Below, piece after piece: positions 1-12,932 of a stretch of 64,000 nucleotides of DNA (within the stretch, counting starts at the first letter, position 1; every line of letters starts with the position of its first letter). The DNA comes from Mobula hypostoma (lineage: Eukaryota). The stretch covers positions 68,076,001 to 68,140,000 of the forward strand of contig NC_086109.1 of NCBI RefSeq assembly GCF_963921235.1, in the 5' to 3' direction. The notes beneath the pieces are model-generated. The model was given only the letters and a program-made list of their open reading frames with translations. It was not told the origin of the DNA and searched no databases. The translations under genes and the position numbers were made by a program.

Positions 1-589
1 CAGACGCTGCATTCTGTCTGAGATCCCTCACACTGATTGGCCCGGACTATTTCCACTCTCCTAATCCTGGACATTAGCCTTTCTTTATCTCAGGCTCCAA
101 CCACAGCACAACCACATTGACAAGTACAAAAACGGGCAAACAAAATTTGAAACAAAGAAGCCTGTAAATGGAATGAAAACAGGCAATCATTTGAATGATC
201 CAAATAAGCTTTTTTTTAAAAAAAACATTACTTAGTCTTACACTACAAAATTTAACAAAACACAAAATACATAGAGATATCAGTGAGAATGAAATGAAAA
301 AAAATCCCTCTATAGATTATAATAAATCTGTGCTTCCTGGTGTATGTAAAACTGACTTAATACCAATTTTGAACCACTGTAAATGTGGAAAATTCACTTG
401 TACTTCCAGTACGAAAGAGTACGGGGCAAGTGTGTAGAACTGTTCCTCATATTGTGGGTAGGATCTGTTGAAGAACTATGACATGGCTTCAGGTGATAAT
501 AATTCAGGATTTGTCTAACTGAATGCTTCTTATTGAGGAACTCACCGACTTCTCAAAATTTGTGTTTAAAGGGAATGATGTTCTTGGAC

Positions 590-830
590 CAAGGACACAG
601 CTCAATGGCACTGGTACCACAGCTCCAGTAACGGGGATTTATCCCATCTGTTAGTGTTCTCCCTATGACTGGGTGGGATTCCCCTGGATACTCAGATTTC
701 CTCCCATATCTCAAATATATGGTGGTCAGAATGTTAATTGGCCACTGTTAATTGCCCCTAATGTCTAGAACCTGGGAGCAGTTGATAGGAATGGGGTGAA
801 AGTTGGTGGGGAATTGATTGTCCTGCTTAA
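590..830 (+). mobile_element. Decayed V-SINE (HE1-like tRNA-derived SINE)
   Basis: V-domain-like core gttctccctatgactgggtgggattcccctggatactcagatttcctcccat...ttaattggccactgttaattgcccctaatg; boundaries approximate. Confidence 0.6.
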
Positions 831-1734
831 ACTTCTGAACTAGTTTACCCCCTTCTCTGTTTTGTGATAAATAAAAATATTACATTCTTTTTCATATCTT
901 ACTCAAAACAACCTCTCTCTAATTAGAGTCATCTGACTCTAATTTATTGATACAAAATAGTTTGTGTTATAATCTGCCTTTAACATAATAGAATGCTGCA
1001 GTGCTGCGCAGGAGGAATTATGAAGCAAAGATTAACACATAACCTCATAAGGAGAAAATAGGGCAGAGATATAACCAAATAGTTAGGTTTTAAAATAGCA
1101 TCTTGAATGAAGGAAAAAGTTTGGCCCTTGTTCCAAAGCTCTTTATCAAAGGAAGTAGATTGTCTCTACCCATCTGATCAGTTGTTTACAAATTTTTGAG
1201 AGTCTCAGCCAAAACCTCACAGAACCATTTATTTTTCAGTAAATACAGGAATAGTTTATGTATTCACGTAATCTAACCCTTACAGTCTTGGTAACTTCCT
1301 GTTGGAACTGTCCTGAACTCATTTGAAGGATCTCTAAGAAGCAGTGCCCAGATTTATATGCAGTACACCAGACAGGGCCAGACCAGGGAGTTGTAGATCT
1401 GCAACAAGCTTTGTCCTATTTTATTCTAGCTGTCTACTTTAAAAACTGTTATTAATTCATTGTACTTCTTGATCAATTGTTTACCTCATTATTTTGTGCT
1501 GACAAGCTGTACATGGGGATTTCCAAATCCCTCTGTACTTTCACTGACCACAAATTACTTTTTTCAAATATTCTCAGTTGAATCTGCTTGTGAGACATCA
1601 ACTGGAGACACAAGTAGTGATTTGTAATCCTCTTTAAGAGAGTTATGTTCAAGACAGGTCAGAGAAGGTTCACTGGATTGACTGCAGGAGTGAGAGAGTG
1701 ATGAGGAGAGAGACCATTGTCCACTCATTGGAGC

Positions 1735-2110
1735 GACACACAATCTGTTGGGAGAACTCAGTGGGTCGAGCAGCATCAGCCAGAGGAAAGAAACGGTCAA
1801 TGTCTGAGCTGAATGTGGAGAGGTGAGATGGCCAGCACAGAGAGGAAAAGGGAATGATAAGAAATGACTCTGAGGTGATTGGTGGACTGAGGAGAAACGT
1901 AAGATGACGGTCTAGGAAGTGAGTGGGGTAGAGGTGCAAGACTGTGCCAGGTGACTGATAGATGGGGACAAAGAGGGAGAGGAAATAAACAAAGAAAGGA
2001 ATAAACAACAGATGGAGCAAGGTGTGGGGGTGAGTGGATGGGAGCGTGAAGATTGGGAGAGAGAGAAGCAGAAACCAGTGCTGGTTAGAATGGAAACCAT
2101 TAGAGGAGAA
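1735..2110 (-). mobile_element. Decayed Penelope-like pLTR fragment
   Basis: gggagaactcagtgggtcgagcagcatc resembles the pLTR arm at 50420-50460 and is followed by a purine-rich tract like the reverse complement of 50750-51000. Confidence 0.5.
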
Positions 2111-2527
2111 TGCAGAGGTGAAGAACAGCCACAGTCTCTTGTGTCTCTATTGGACCACTCATTGGAGTTTTGAAGAGAAGTGTTGATTTCAGTGAAACAA
2201 TTAAGAATGACAAAGCATAACGAAGAAGACAATGGGAAGAGATATTTTCTTTGTCTGGAAACCTAGAACCAAGGTAATTGTTTCTGAATGAGGTGGTCCC
2301 ATTAAAAAATGAGGTAGAGAAGAAGGTCACAAATCAATGGAATCCTCTATCCCCGAGAAAAGGCTAAGTTACTGAATATAGTCAAAGCTGAGATACATTT
2401 TGGTAATATGGAAGCAAATGGAAATTGGGAATAGGGGAAGAATGGAGCAGAGAATAGGATCAGATCTGCCACGATTTTACTGAATGGTGCAGAAGACTGA
2501 AGAAATAATACATAAAACATAGGTACA

Positions 2528-3045
2528 AGGAAGAGGAGGGCAGTCGTGATAGGGGACTCGATAGTAAGGGGGTCAGATAGGCGATTCTGTGGACGCAGTC
2601 CAGAGACCCGATGGTAGTTTGCCTCCCTGCTGCCAGGGTCCGGGATATTTCTGATCGTGTCCAAGATATCTTGAAGTGGGAGGGTGAGGAGCCAGAGGTC
2701 GTGGTACATATAGGTACCAATGACATAGGTAAAAAAAGGGATGAGGTCCTGAAAGGAGAACATAGGGAGCTAGGAAGGGAGTTGAGAAAAAGGACCGCAA
2801 AGGTAGTAATCTCGGGATTACTGCCTGTGCCACGCGACAGTGAGAGTAGGAATGCGATGAGGTGGAGGATAAATGCGTGGCTGAGGGATTGGAGCAGGGG
2901 GCAGGGATTCAAGTTTTTGGAGCATTGGGACCTCTTTTGGCGCAGGCGTGACCTGTACCAAAAGGACGGGTTACACTTGAATCCTAGGGGGACCAATATC
3001 CTGGCAGGGAGATTAGCAGGGGCTACTGAGGTGGCTTTAAACTAG
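2528..3045 (+). pseudogene. CR1 ORF1 SGNH/GDSL esterase domain (partial; 1-nt frameshift near 2610)
   Basis: VIGDSIVRG (2546-2572, different frame from the 2611 ORF), HIGTNDIG and DGLHLN blocks. Confidence 0.9.
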
Positions 3046-3050
3046 AATGG

Positions 3051-4028
3051 TTGGGGGGTGGGAATCAAATTAAAGAGGCTAGGCGTGAGGAGGTTAGTTC
3101 ACAACAGGGGGATGGGAACCAGTGCAGAGAGACAGAGGGGTGTAAAGTGAGGGTAGAAGCAAAAAGTACTAAGGAGAAAAGTAAAAGTGGCAGGCCGACA
3201 AATCCAGGGCAAGCATTAAAAAGGGCCACCTTTCAACATAATTGTATAAGGGCTAAGAGAGTCGTAAAAGAGCGCCTGAAGGCTTTGTATGTCAATGAAA
3301 GGAGCATTCGTAATAAGGTGGATGAATTGAAGGTGCAGATTGTTATTAATGATTATGATATAGTTGGGATCACAGAGACATGGCTCCAGGGTGATCAGGG
3401 ATGGGAGCTCAACATTCAGGGATATTCAATACTCAGGAGGGATAGACATGAAGGAAGGGCAGGTGGGGTGGCATTGCTGGTTAAAGAAGAGATTAACACA
3501 ATAGAAAGGAAGGACATAAGCCGGGAAGATGTGGAATCGATATGGGTAGAGCTGCGTAACACTAAGGGGCAGAAGACGCTGGTGGGAGTTGTGTACAGGC
3601 CACCTAACAGTAGTAGTGAGGTTGGAGATGGTACTAAACAGGAAATTAGAAATGTGTGCAATAAAGGAACAGCAGTTATAATGGGTGACTTCAATCTACA
3701 TGTAGATTGGGTAAACCAAATTGGTAAAGGTGCTGAGGAAGAGGATTTCTTGGAATGTATGCGGGATGGTTTTTTGAACCAACATGTCGAGGAACCAACT
3801 AGAGAGCAGGCTATTCTGGACTGGGTTTTGAGCAATGAGGAAGGGTTAATTAGCGATCTTGTCGTGAGAGGCCCCTTGGGTAAGAGTGACCATAATATGG
3901 TGGAATTCTTCATTAAGATGGAGGGTGACATAGTTAATTCAGAAACAAAGGTTCTGAACTTAAAGAGGGGTAACTTTGAAGGTATGAGACGTGAATTAGC
4001 TAAGATAGATTGGCAAATAGACTGGTAA
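3051..4028 (+). pseudogene. CR1 ORF2 N-terminal AP-endonuclease (cut off from RT by frameshift/stop)
   Basis: Motifs YVNERSI, ITETWL, GGVAL, VYRPP, MGDFN, LDWVL, SDH. Confidence 0.92.
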
Positions 4029-4039
4029 GATAGATAGGA

Positions 4040-6091
4040 TTGACGGTGGATATGCAATGGCAAGCATTTAAAGATTGCATGGATGAACTACAACAATTGT
4101 TCATCCCAGTTTGGCAAAAGAATAAATCAAGGAAGGTAGTGCACCCATGGCTGACAAGAGAAATTAGGGATAGTATCAATTCCAAAGAAGAAGCATACAA
4201 ATTAGCCAGAGAAAGTGGCTCACCTGAGGACTGGGAGAAATTCGGAGTTCAGCAGAGGAGGACAAAGGGCTTAATTAGGAAGGGGAAAAAAGATTATGAG
4301 AGAAAACTGGCAGGGAACATAAAAACGGACTGTAAAAGCTTTTATAGATATGTAGAAAGGAAAAGACTGGTAAAGACAAATGTAGGTCCCCTGCAGACAG
4401 AAACAGGTGAATTGATTATGGGGAGCAAGGACATGGCAGACCAATTGAATAATTACTTTGGTTCTGTCTTCACTAAGGAGGACATAAATAATCTTCCAGA
4501 AATAGTAGGGGACAGAGGGTCCAGTGAGATGGAGGAACTGAGCGAAATACATGTTAGTAGGGAAGTGGTGTTAGGTAAATTGAAGGGATTGAAGGCAGAT
4601 AAATCCCCAGGGCCGGATGGTCTGCATCCTAGAGTGCTTAAGGAAGTAGCCCAAGAAATAGTGGATGCATTAGTGATAATTTTTCAAAACTCGTTAGATT
4701 CTGGACTAGTTCCTGAGGATTGGAGGGTGGCTAATGTAACTCCACTTTTTAAAAAAGGAGGGAGAGAGAAACCGGGGAATTATAGACTGGTTAGCCTAAC
4801 GTCGGTGGTGGGGAAACTGCTGGAGTCAGTTATCAAGGATGTGATAACAGCACATTTGGAAAGCAGTGAAATGATCGGACAAAGTCAGCATGGATTTGTG
4901 AAAGGAAAATCATGTCTGACGAATCTCATAGAATTTTTTGAGGATGTAACTAGTAGAGTGGATAGGGGAGAACCAGTGGATGTGGTATATTTGGATTTTC
5001 AAAAGGCTTTTGACAAGGTCCCACACAGGAGATTAGTGTGCAAAATTAAAGCACACGGTATTGGGGGTAAGGTATTGGTGTGGGTGGAGAATTGGTTAGC
5101 AGACAGGAAGCAAAGAGTGGGAATAAACGGAACATTTTCAGAATGGCAGGCAGTGACTACTGGGGTACCGCAAGGCTCAGTGCTGGGACCCCAGTTGTTT
5201 ACAATATATATTAATGACTTGGATGAGGGAATTAAATGCAGCATCTCCAAGTTTGCGGATGACACGAAGATGGGTGGCAGTGTTAGCTGTGAGGAGGATG
5301 CTAAGAGGATGCAGGGTGACTTGGATAGGTTGGGTGAGTGGGCAAATTCATGGCAGATGCAAATTAATGTGGATAAATGTGAAGTTATCCACTTTGGTGG
5401 CAAAAATAGGAAAACAGATTATTATCTGAATGGTGGCCGATTAGGAAAAGGGGAGGTGCAACGAGACCTGAGTGTCATTATACACCAGTCATTGAAAGTG
5501 GGCATGCAGGTACAGCAGGCGGTGAAAAAGGCGAATGGTATGCTGGCATTTATAGCGAGAGGATTCGAGTACAGGAGCAGGGAGGTACTACTGCAGTTGT
5601 ACAAGGCCTTGGTGAGACCACACCTGGAGTATTGTGTGCAGTTTTGGTTCCCTAATCTGAGGAAAGACATCCTTGCCATAGAGGGAGTACAAAGAAGGTT
5701 CACCAGATTGATTCCTGGGATGGCAGGACTTTCATATGAAGAAAGACTGGATGAACTGGGCTTGTACTCGTTGGAATTTAGAAGATTGAGGGGGGATCTG
5801 ATTGAAATGTATAAAATCCTAAAGGGATTGGACAGGCTAGATGCAGGAAGATTGTTCCCGATGTTGGGGAAGTCCAGAACGAGGGGCCACAGTTTGAGGA
5901 TAGAGGGGAAGCCTTTTAGGACCGAGATTAGGAAAAACTTCTTCACACAGAGAGTGGTGAATCTGTGGAATTCTCTGCCACAGGAAACAGTTGAGGCCAG
6001 TTCATTGGCTATATTTAAGAGGGAGTTAGATATGGCCCTTGTGGCTACGGGGGTCAGGGGGTATGGAGGGAAGGCTGGGGCGGGGTTCTGA
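4040..6091 (+). CDS. CR1 ORF2 reverse transcriptase portion (683 aa open frame)
   Basis: KSPGPDG, QHGF, DFQKAFDKV, GVPQGSVLGP, FADD, RPHLEYCVQFW, TRGH; ends at the native stop before the 3' UTR. Confidence 0.93.
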   Translation: MTVDMQWQAFKDCMDELQQLFIPVWQKNKSRKVVHPWLTREIRDSINSKEEAYKLARESGSPEDWEKFGVQQRRTKGLIRKGKKDYERKLAGNIKTDCKSFYRYVERKRLVKTNVGPLQTETGELIMGSKDMADQLNNYFGSVFTKEDINNLPEIVGDRGSSEMEELSEIHVSREVVLGKLKGLKADKSPGPDGLHPRVLKEVAQEIVDALVIIFQNSLDSGLVPEDWRVANVTPLFKKGGREKPGNYRLVSLTSVVGKLLESVIKDVITAHLESSEMIGQSQHGFVKGKSCLTNLIEFFEDVTSRVDRGEPVDVVYLDFQKAFDKVPHRRLVCKIKAHGIGGKVLVWVENWLADRKQRVGINGTFSEWQAVTTGVPQGSVLGPQLFTIYINDLDEGIKCSISKFADDTKMGGSVSCEEDAKRMQGDLDRLGEWANSWQMQINVDKCEVIHFGGKNRKTDYYLNGGRLGKGEVQRDLSVIIHQSLKVGMQVQQAVKKANGMLAFIARGFEYRSREVLLQLYKALVRPHLEYCVQFWFPNLRKDILAIEGVQRRFTRLIPGMAGLSYEERLDELGLYSLEFRRLRGDLIEMYKILKGLDRLDAGRLFPMLGKSRTRGHSLRIEGKPFRTEIRKNFFTQRVVNLWNSLPQETVEASSLAIFKRELDMALVATGVRGYGGKAGAGF

Positions 6092-6188
6092 GTTGGATGA
6101 TCAGCCATGATCATAATAAATGGTGGTGCAGGCTTGAAGGGCCGAATGGCCTACTCCTGCACCTATTTTCTATGTTTCTATGTTTCTA

Positions 6189-8473
6189 CAGTACCTAATA
6201 AAAGTGGCCACTGAGTGCATGTTCATGGTCTTCTACTGCTGTAGCCCTTCCACTTCAAGGTTCAACATGATGTGTGTTCAGAGCTGCCCTTCTGCACGCC
6301 ACTGTTCTAATGCATGGTTATTTGAGGTAATGTGGCTTTCCTGGCAGCTGGAGCCAGACTGGCCATTCCCCTCTGACCTCTCTAATTAGCAGGCATTTTC
6401 ACCCATAGAAATTCCAGTCACTGGATGTTTTTTCATTACTCGCACCATTCTCTGTAATTGCTAGAGACTGTTGTGTGTGAAAATCCCAGGAGATTGGCAA
6501 TTTCTGAGATAGTCAAAGCACACTGCCTGGCAACAACAATTAATCCATGGTCAAAATCACTTAAATCACATTTCTTCCCCATTCTGATGTCTGGTCTGAA
6601 CAACAATTGAACCTCTTGACCATATTTGCCTGCTTTAATGCATTGAGCTGCTGCCAGATGATTGACTGATTAGATATTTGCACTAACAGGTGTAACTAAT
6701 GAGACCATAAGACAGAGGAGCATAATTAGGCCATTCAGCCCATTAAGTCTGCCCCATCATTCCACCATGACTGTCTTATTATCCCTCTGAATGCCATCCT
6801 CCTGCCTTCTCCCAGTAACTTCTGACACCCCGACTAATGAAGAATGTATCAACCTCTACTTTATGTATACTCAATGACTCAGCCTCCACAGTTGTCTGTG
6901 GCAATGAATTCCACAGATTCACTAACCCTGCCTAAAGAAATTCCTCCTAATCTCAGTTGCAAGTGGACAGCCCTCTACTCTGAGGCATTTCCCTCTGGTG
7001 CTAGACTCTCTCACTATAAGAAATGTCCTCTCCCCATCCACTCTATCCATACCTTTCAATATTCACTAGGTTTCAATGAAATTCCTCCCTCACTCTTCTA
7101 AACTCCAGCGAGTACAAGCCCAGAGCCATCAAATGCTCCTCATATGCCAATTCATTCATTCCTCTCCAATGCAGCACAATTTTTTCTTGATAAGGGGCCC
7201 AAAATTGCTCACAATACTCCAAGTGCAGACTGATCAATGCCTTATAAAACCTTAGCATTACATTCTCGTTCTTATATTCTAGACCTCTCGAAATGAATGC
7301 TAACATTCGATTTACCTTCCTTACCACTGATTTAACTTGCAAGCTAAACTTTAGGGAATCTTACATGATGACTCTCAAGTTCCCTTGCACCTCTGAATTC
7401 TGATTTTTCTCCCCATTTAAAAAGTAGTCTACTCCTTTAATCCTTCTACCAAATTGCATGACCAAACACTTCCCTACACTCTATTCCACCTGCTACTTCT
7501 TTGCCCATTGTCTCAATCAATCAAAGTTCTTTTGCTGACTCCCTGCTTTCTTAACACTGCCTGTCTCTTCACCTATCTTTACATCATCCGCAAACATGGC
7601 CACAAAGCCATCAATTCCATTATCCAAACATGAAAAGAAGTCGTCTTAACACTGACCCCTGCAGAACACCACTAGTCTCCGGCAGCCAACCAGAATAGGC
7701 CCCCTTTATCCCCACTCTTTGCCTCCTGACAGTCAGCTAATCTTCTATCCATACTAGTATCTTTCCTGTAACATACCATGGGCTCTCATCTTGTTAGGCA
7801 GCCTCATTTGTGGCACCTTGTCAAAGGCCTTCTGCAAATTCAAGGATACAACATCCACTAACTCTCCTTTATCTATCCTGCCTCAAAGAATTCCAACAGA
7901 TTTGTCAGGCAAGATTTCCCCTTAAGGAAACCATGCTGACTTGGCCTACTTTTTCTCGTGCCTCCAAGTACCCTGAAACCTCATCCTTAATAATGGACTC
8001 AGCATCTACCCAACCACTGAAATCAGGCTAACTGGCCTAAAATTTCTTTTCTTGTGCCTGCCTCAATTCTTAAAGAGTGGATTGACATCTTGTCCTCCAG
8101 AACTATTTCAGAATCTAGTGGTTCTTGAAGGGTCATTACTAATGCCTCTAGAATCTCTTCAGCTACCTTTTTCAGAACCCTGAGGTGTAGTCCATCTGGT
8201 CCAGGTGACTTATCTATCTTCAGACCATTTAGGTTCCCAGGTAATAGCAACTACATTCACTTCTGCCCACTGACACCCTTGCATTTCTGGCCTTCTGCAT
8301 GTGCCATCCACTTGCAAAATACCTAATAACTTTGTGCGTCATTTCTTTGTCCTCCATTACTACCTCTCCTGTATCATTTTCCCCGGTCTGATATCCACTC
8401 CTGTCTCTCCCTTACTGTTTATATATCTGAGAATACTTTGGTATCCTCTCTTATAAAATGGCCACCGAGCATA
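6189..8473 (-). mobile_element. Tc1/mariner-derived non-autonomous element (6189-6700 + 8453-8473) split by a CR1 insertion
   Basis: Body matches 29359-29886. The terminal repeat ggtgtaactaat|ataaaatggccaccgagcata is broken at 6700 and resumes at 8453. Confidence 0.75.
6701..8452 (-). mobile_element. Decayed CR1 ORF2 3' fragment
   Basis: Minus-strand remnants KSPGPDGLH, RMLAFISRGLEYK, HLEYCEQFW, LYSLEFRR; tail gaccataagac at the left end. Confidence 0.9.
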
Positions 8474-9009
8474 GATTTCTAGTATCTGCAGTTTTTTTTT
8501 GAATTTTTGTTCTTTTTAGTTTCTGATTGCTAGTTCACATATTTTACCCTTTATACCTTTCTTTTCTAGAATAAAGCAAGAATTGTTTAAATGTGACTCT
8601 AAATCAAAATGACATCATGAAAGCTGTTAGCTACAAGTAAACATAAAATATTACTTGTAACTCTGAATATATCAGCTTAGACTTTGGAAATACAGGAACT
8701 CATTGTCTGCAGGAAGAGATTGTGTAAGACTACATTTGGAGAATGATTATGCATATAAAGCATTGATGGATAAAAGAACTTTGTTGGCTGGCTTATTACT
8801 GTTATTAATGTCAGTATATTACTCTTTAATAAGACGAAATCAGAGGCAGGTACTGACCTTTACAGCACGATACCTAAACAACACAAAGTGATTTATTGGA
8901 AGCCAATGTAAAGTAAGAAGGCATGGACTTTACAATTGATTAAAAAATGCTCGTTTAATAAAATGTCAAAGTAGTTAGATGTAATTGAACAGACCTCACT
9001 GTAAAAGGA

Positions 9010-9380
9010 TAACTGCATTAACAACGTGTAAAACATCCAAGTTACTTCACAACAATCTTAGTAAAGAAAATTTGGCATGAAGTCACATAAACAGATACTA
9101 CGACTGATTAAGCAAATAACTATGCAGTTCTAAGAACATTAATTGAGAGGAGAGATAGTAGAAGGCCAAAAGCAAGTTAGACTGGAAGGAAATAAATAAT
9201 ACACATAAAACCTGAACTGGGGATTCAGAAATCTCGAAGGATTGCAAGAATAAATGAATTATAGAGTCAGGGACATTTGAGGAACTTGAATTCAAAGAAG
9301 AGAATTTTAAATGTGTAATGGCATCCAGAACAGCTTAAGGAAGAATAGTAAGTAAATATGACTTGGGGTTCATGAAGATC
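9010..9380 (-). mobile_element. Old L2-like 3' fragment (a similar fragment lies at about 975-1110)
   Basis: aacgtgtaaaacatccaagttacttcaca...aaatttggcatgaagtcacataa resembles the reverse complement of L2 3' ends; highly decayed. Confidence 0.4.
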
Positions 9381-9992
9381 TGGACAAAAGTCTTTGAATA
9401 ATTGTCCCCTTCTTCTTAAAAGTGACTTGTAAACTTTAAATGAACTTCTTGCCATTGCAATATCATTCAAACATTTTAAGATGGTATTCCTTCAAAATGG
9501 AGTTCACTTCTGTTTCATTTCAATCCCGCATCTGAAGTTAATTTTCAATTTGTATAGGATTTTCATAGATTGGAGTAAATTTGGCTACATTTTGTCAGCT
9601 ACAGTAGTGTTTTGCCCAGGGGCAACGTTAAGGTTTCAAGTTGTAAGGCATGTGTTGCTACTGGTAATAAAAATATAATATAACATCACTGGTTGTTTTC
9701 TGGTTTATAGCCTTTATTGTGAGATGAAAGTTCAAACTTGAATAAGTAGATCTGGAAAGGATAAAACTGAGGTAAAGTCATTGATAGCTGTTCGAAGCCT
9801 ACATTAATAGGTTTCATCAAGAGTTGCATAAGCTCTCTTTTTCACCCATGGTAAATTACTCCGGAATAAAAGCGACTTCATCAGAGACTCACCTTTCTTG
9901 TTACAAACCTCTTTTCAGCAATATCCCCTTAATTTCCTTTCTCATATTGCATTTCTCTTCTTTTCAAGTCAGGGGTTAATTTGAGGTGGGCT

Positions 9993-10020
9993 GATTGAAG
10001 ATTGAAGATTGAAGATTGAA
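9993..10020. repeat. (GATTGAA)4 tandem repeat
   Basis: Four exact copies. Confidence 0.95.
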
Positions 10021-11756
10021 GGATTATTTGATAACACACAACACCATGGAGGGTGTGTGGGTTGTTGTGGTTTGCAGTGTCCTGATTAATCTCCTGCCCT
10101 CAAACATTGCTGGTCAACTAGTTACTTAATCTGGAATCAATCAGATCCTCACAGATGGAAAATTGACTGCCACATTGGCTTATCCAGATCAGCTTTTCTT
10201 TTGAGGTGAAGTATTTTGGGATGGTTTGAGATGACATAACATGCCAAAAGAGAGATGTTATGGATGAATGGGACGTGAAGACTTCAATACAATCGCTGTC
10301 ACAAAAGAGATAATGATAAGCAAACTAGCAGGCCTAAAAGTAGACTGTTGTGTATTCAATATTTCTATAATATTTGAGTAATATTGTAAATATATTGTTT
10401 GATTAAGCATTCTTTGCTGCTTATACAAATCATTGCAGGTTATATGTAAAAGTACGTGAATGACTACATCATCACGCCACCACACTATAACTGCTTGCTT
10501 GTCTTTTGTAAAGACGAAACTGGGACACGTATCACTGAGCTGCTCTATTTTTCTTTAAATTAATTTTATGTTTCGAAATTACAAAACATAACAGTGGTGA
10601 TGAGGATGGGTTTGGAAAAGTCAAACATATGAATGGTAAATTAGTGTTAAAGGGAAATGCCACATCCAAGTTTTACAAAGCCCATCTACTTACTTATACA
10701 ATCTGCTATAAGGTAGCCAATGTACTAGATTTCATGGATGCTAAAAGAATTATTTACAAGATTGAGTGGAACCCATTGACAACACCAGTGGTCCCAGTAG
10801 CAAGAAGAATTGGACTGTCAGGATCTATGGTGGGGTTAAGGTAGCACTACCTAGCACTAAAGGTAGATCAATACCCTCTGCCCAGGATATTGGATATCTT
10901 TGAAAATCTTTCTGGAGGAAAACACTTCAGCAAAGTGGACTTAACTAAGGCCTACCTACAGATGGAGATGGAATAAGCAGATAGAGATGGGTCACCATAA
11001 ACACTCACAAAGGACTTCATCAATATAATACGGATATACTTGGGGCAGCTGCACTCTGGCAGAAAGCTATGGATGAGTTGCTGCAAGGCTGCCCAGGTAG
11101 TCAGTGTTACCTGGATGATATCATTATTATCAGTAAGGATGAGAAGGAACATTACCAAAAGCTCAAGGCATCCTTAAAAAGATTTGAAGATTATGGGCTC
11201 AGAGCATGATGCAACAAATGTGAATTTGTTAAACCAAGCATCACTTACTGTGGTCACACCATTGACACACAAAGACTGCACAAATCTGCTGAGAAAATTC
11301 AAGTAGTGGTAGATACCCCAGGATAAAAACATGTCACAGTTGTAGTCCGTTTTAGGATTTGTCAATTACTATAACAGGTTCCTTTCAAAACTGGCTATAG
11401 TACTTCACCCTTTGAACTTATTGCTACAAATTGGAAAGAAATGGCAATGAACAATGCAGTGTGAGGTGGCTTTCCAAAAGGTAAAGGAAATGGTGATGTT
11501 AGACACTTGTATTCACATATTCTGATCCACATCGTCCAGTGAAGCTTGCCCGTGATGCCTCATTTTATGGTATATGTACAGTCATGTCACATGTTATGAG
11601 TGACAGAAATGAACACCCCATCACGCTCCCTTACCGCTGTAGAGAAAAATTACAAACAGATTGACAGAGAGGCCTTGAGTCTTGTTTGTGGTGTAAAACA
11701 TTTCAACCAGTACTTGTACGGGAGAGAGTTGACTCTCATTACCAATCATCAACCAC

Positions 11757-12427
11757 TGCAGGTACAGCAGGCAGTGAAGAAAGCTAATGGCATGCTGGCC
11801 TTCATAGCATGGAGAGTTGAGTACAGGAGCAAAGAGGTCCTTCTGCAGTTGTACAGGGCCCTGGTGAGACCACACCTGGAGTACTGTGTGCAGTTTTGGT
11901 TTCCAAATTTGAGGAAGGACATTCTTGCTATTGAGGGAGTGCAGCCTAGGTTCACAAGGTTAATTCCCGGGATGGCGGGACCATCATATGTTGAAAGATT
12001 GGAGTGACTGGGCTTGTATGCACTGGAATTTAGAAGGATGAGAGGGGATCTGACTGAAACATATAAGATTATTAAGGGATTGGACACGCTAGAGGCAGGA
12101 AACATGTTCCCGATGTTGGGGGAGTCCAGAACCAGAGGTCACAGTTTAAGAATAAGGGGTAGGCCATTTAGAACGGAGTTGAGGAAGAACTTTTTCACCC
12201 AGAGAGTTGTGGATCTGTGGAATGCTCAGAAGGCAGTGGAGGCCAATTCTCTGGATGCTTTCAAGAAAGAGTTAGATAGAGCTCTTAAAGATAGTGGTGT
12301 CAAGGGATATGGGGAGAAGGCAGGAACGGAGTACTGATTGTGGATGATCAGACATGATCACAGTGAATGGCAGTGCTGGCTCGAAGGGCCAAATGGCCTA
12401 CCCCTGCACCTATTGTCTGTTGTCTAT
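11757..12427 (+). mobile_element. CR1 3' fragment inserted in the Gypsy RNase H region
   Basis: QVQQAVKKANGMLAFI...TRGH...YGEKAG, 3' UTR, and (CTATTGT)n-like tail (different subfamily from the 6.2 kb copy); Gypsy frame ITNHQPL abuts it. Confidence 0.93.
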
Positions 12428-12932
12428 AGTGTTAATTTTCAATCGACAGAAGGGTGTTCCATCCACACCAACAGCACAAATGCAGAGATGAGCTTTGTTC
12501 CTTTAAGGACACAATTACAAGATCAAATTCAAGATTGACATCTAATTATGGAGAAGCTGGTGGATTGTCCTATTTACCCTTCGAAAAGGAAATACCTGAA
12601 AAATTTACAAAAGAGGACATTCCTCAGAAACACCAGTTCCCTCATTTTTACCAGCACTGGGATGAACTTGCCCTTGACGGGGGTTCCTTTATGTGGGGAT
12701 TGAGGGTTGTTGTACCATCCAAGCTGAGAGCTGAAGTGTTGGATGGTTTCACAGCTACAAGTCTCAGTTACCAGAGTGACCTCCCACCACCAAACTTTGT
12801 CAGAAGAGGTGTTATCCCACAAGAGAAAGAAATCCTCCACAGTGATTAAATCCTTAGTCCTGGAGAGGACAATTTAAAATTTACTGTGGATGTCTATAAA
12901 GTAGCTATGTTATATAGTATATGGTGTATATA

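Larger units (their letters stand above)
2523..6188 (+). mobile_element. CR1-clade LINE, 5'-truncated, young (ORF1 esterase + ORF2 APE-RT, two frameshifts)
   Basis: SGNH ORF1, endonuclease and RT reading frames in order; CR1 3' UTR (ggcttgaagggccgaatggcctactcctgc) and (TTTCTATG)n tail ending at 6188. Confidence 0.95.

Noticed and set aside
2347-6114. Long minus-strand ORFs (2460-2996, 3416-4063, 5422-6114)
   Set aside because: Antisense shadows of CR1 coding frames; no independent motifs.
11600-12007. RNase H-CR1 fusion ORF
   Set aside because: Chance in-frame junction of a CR1 insertion in a dead Gypsy; stops on both sides.
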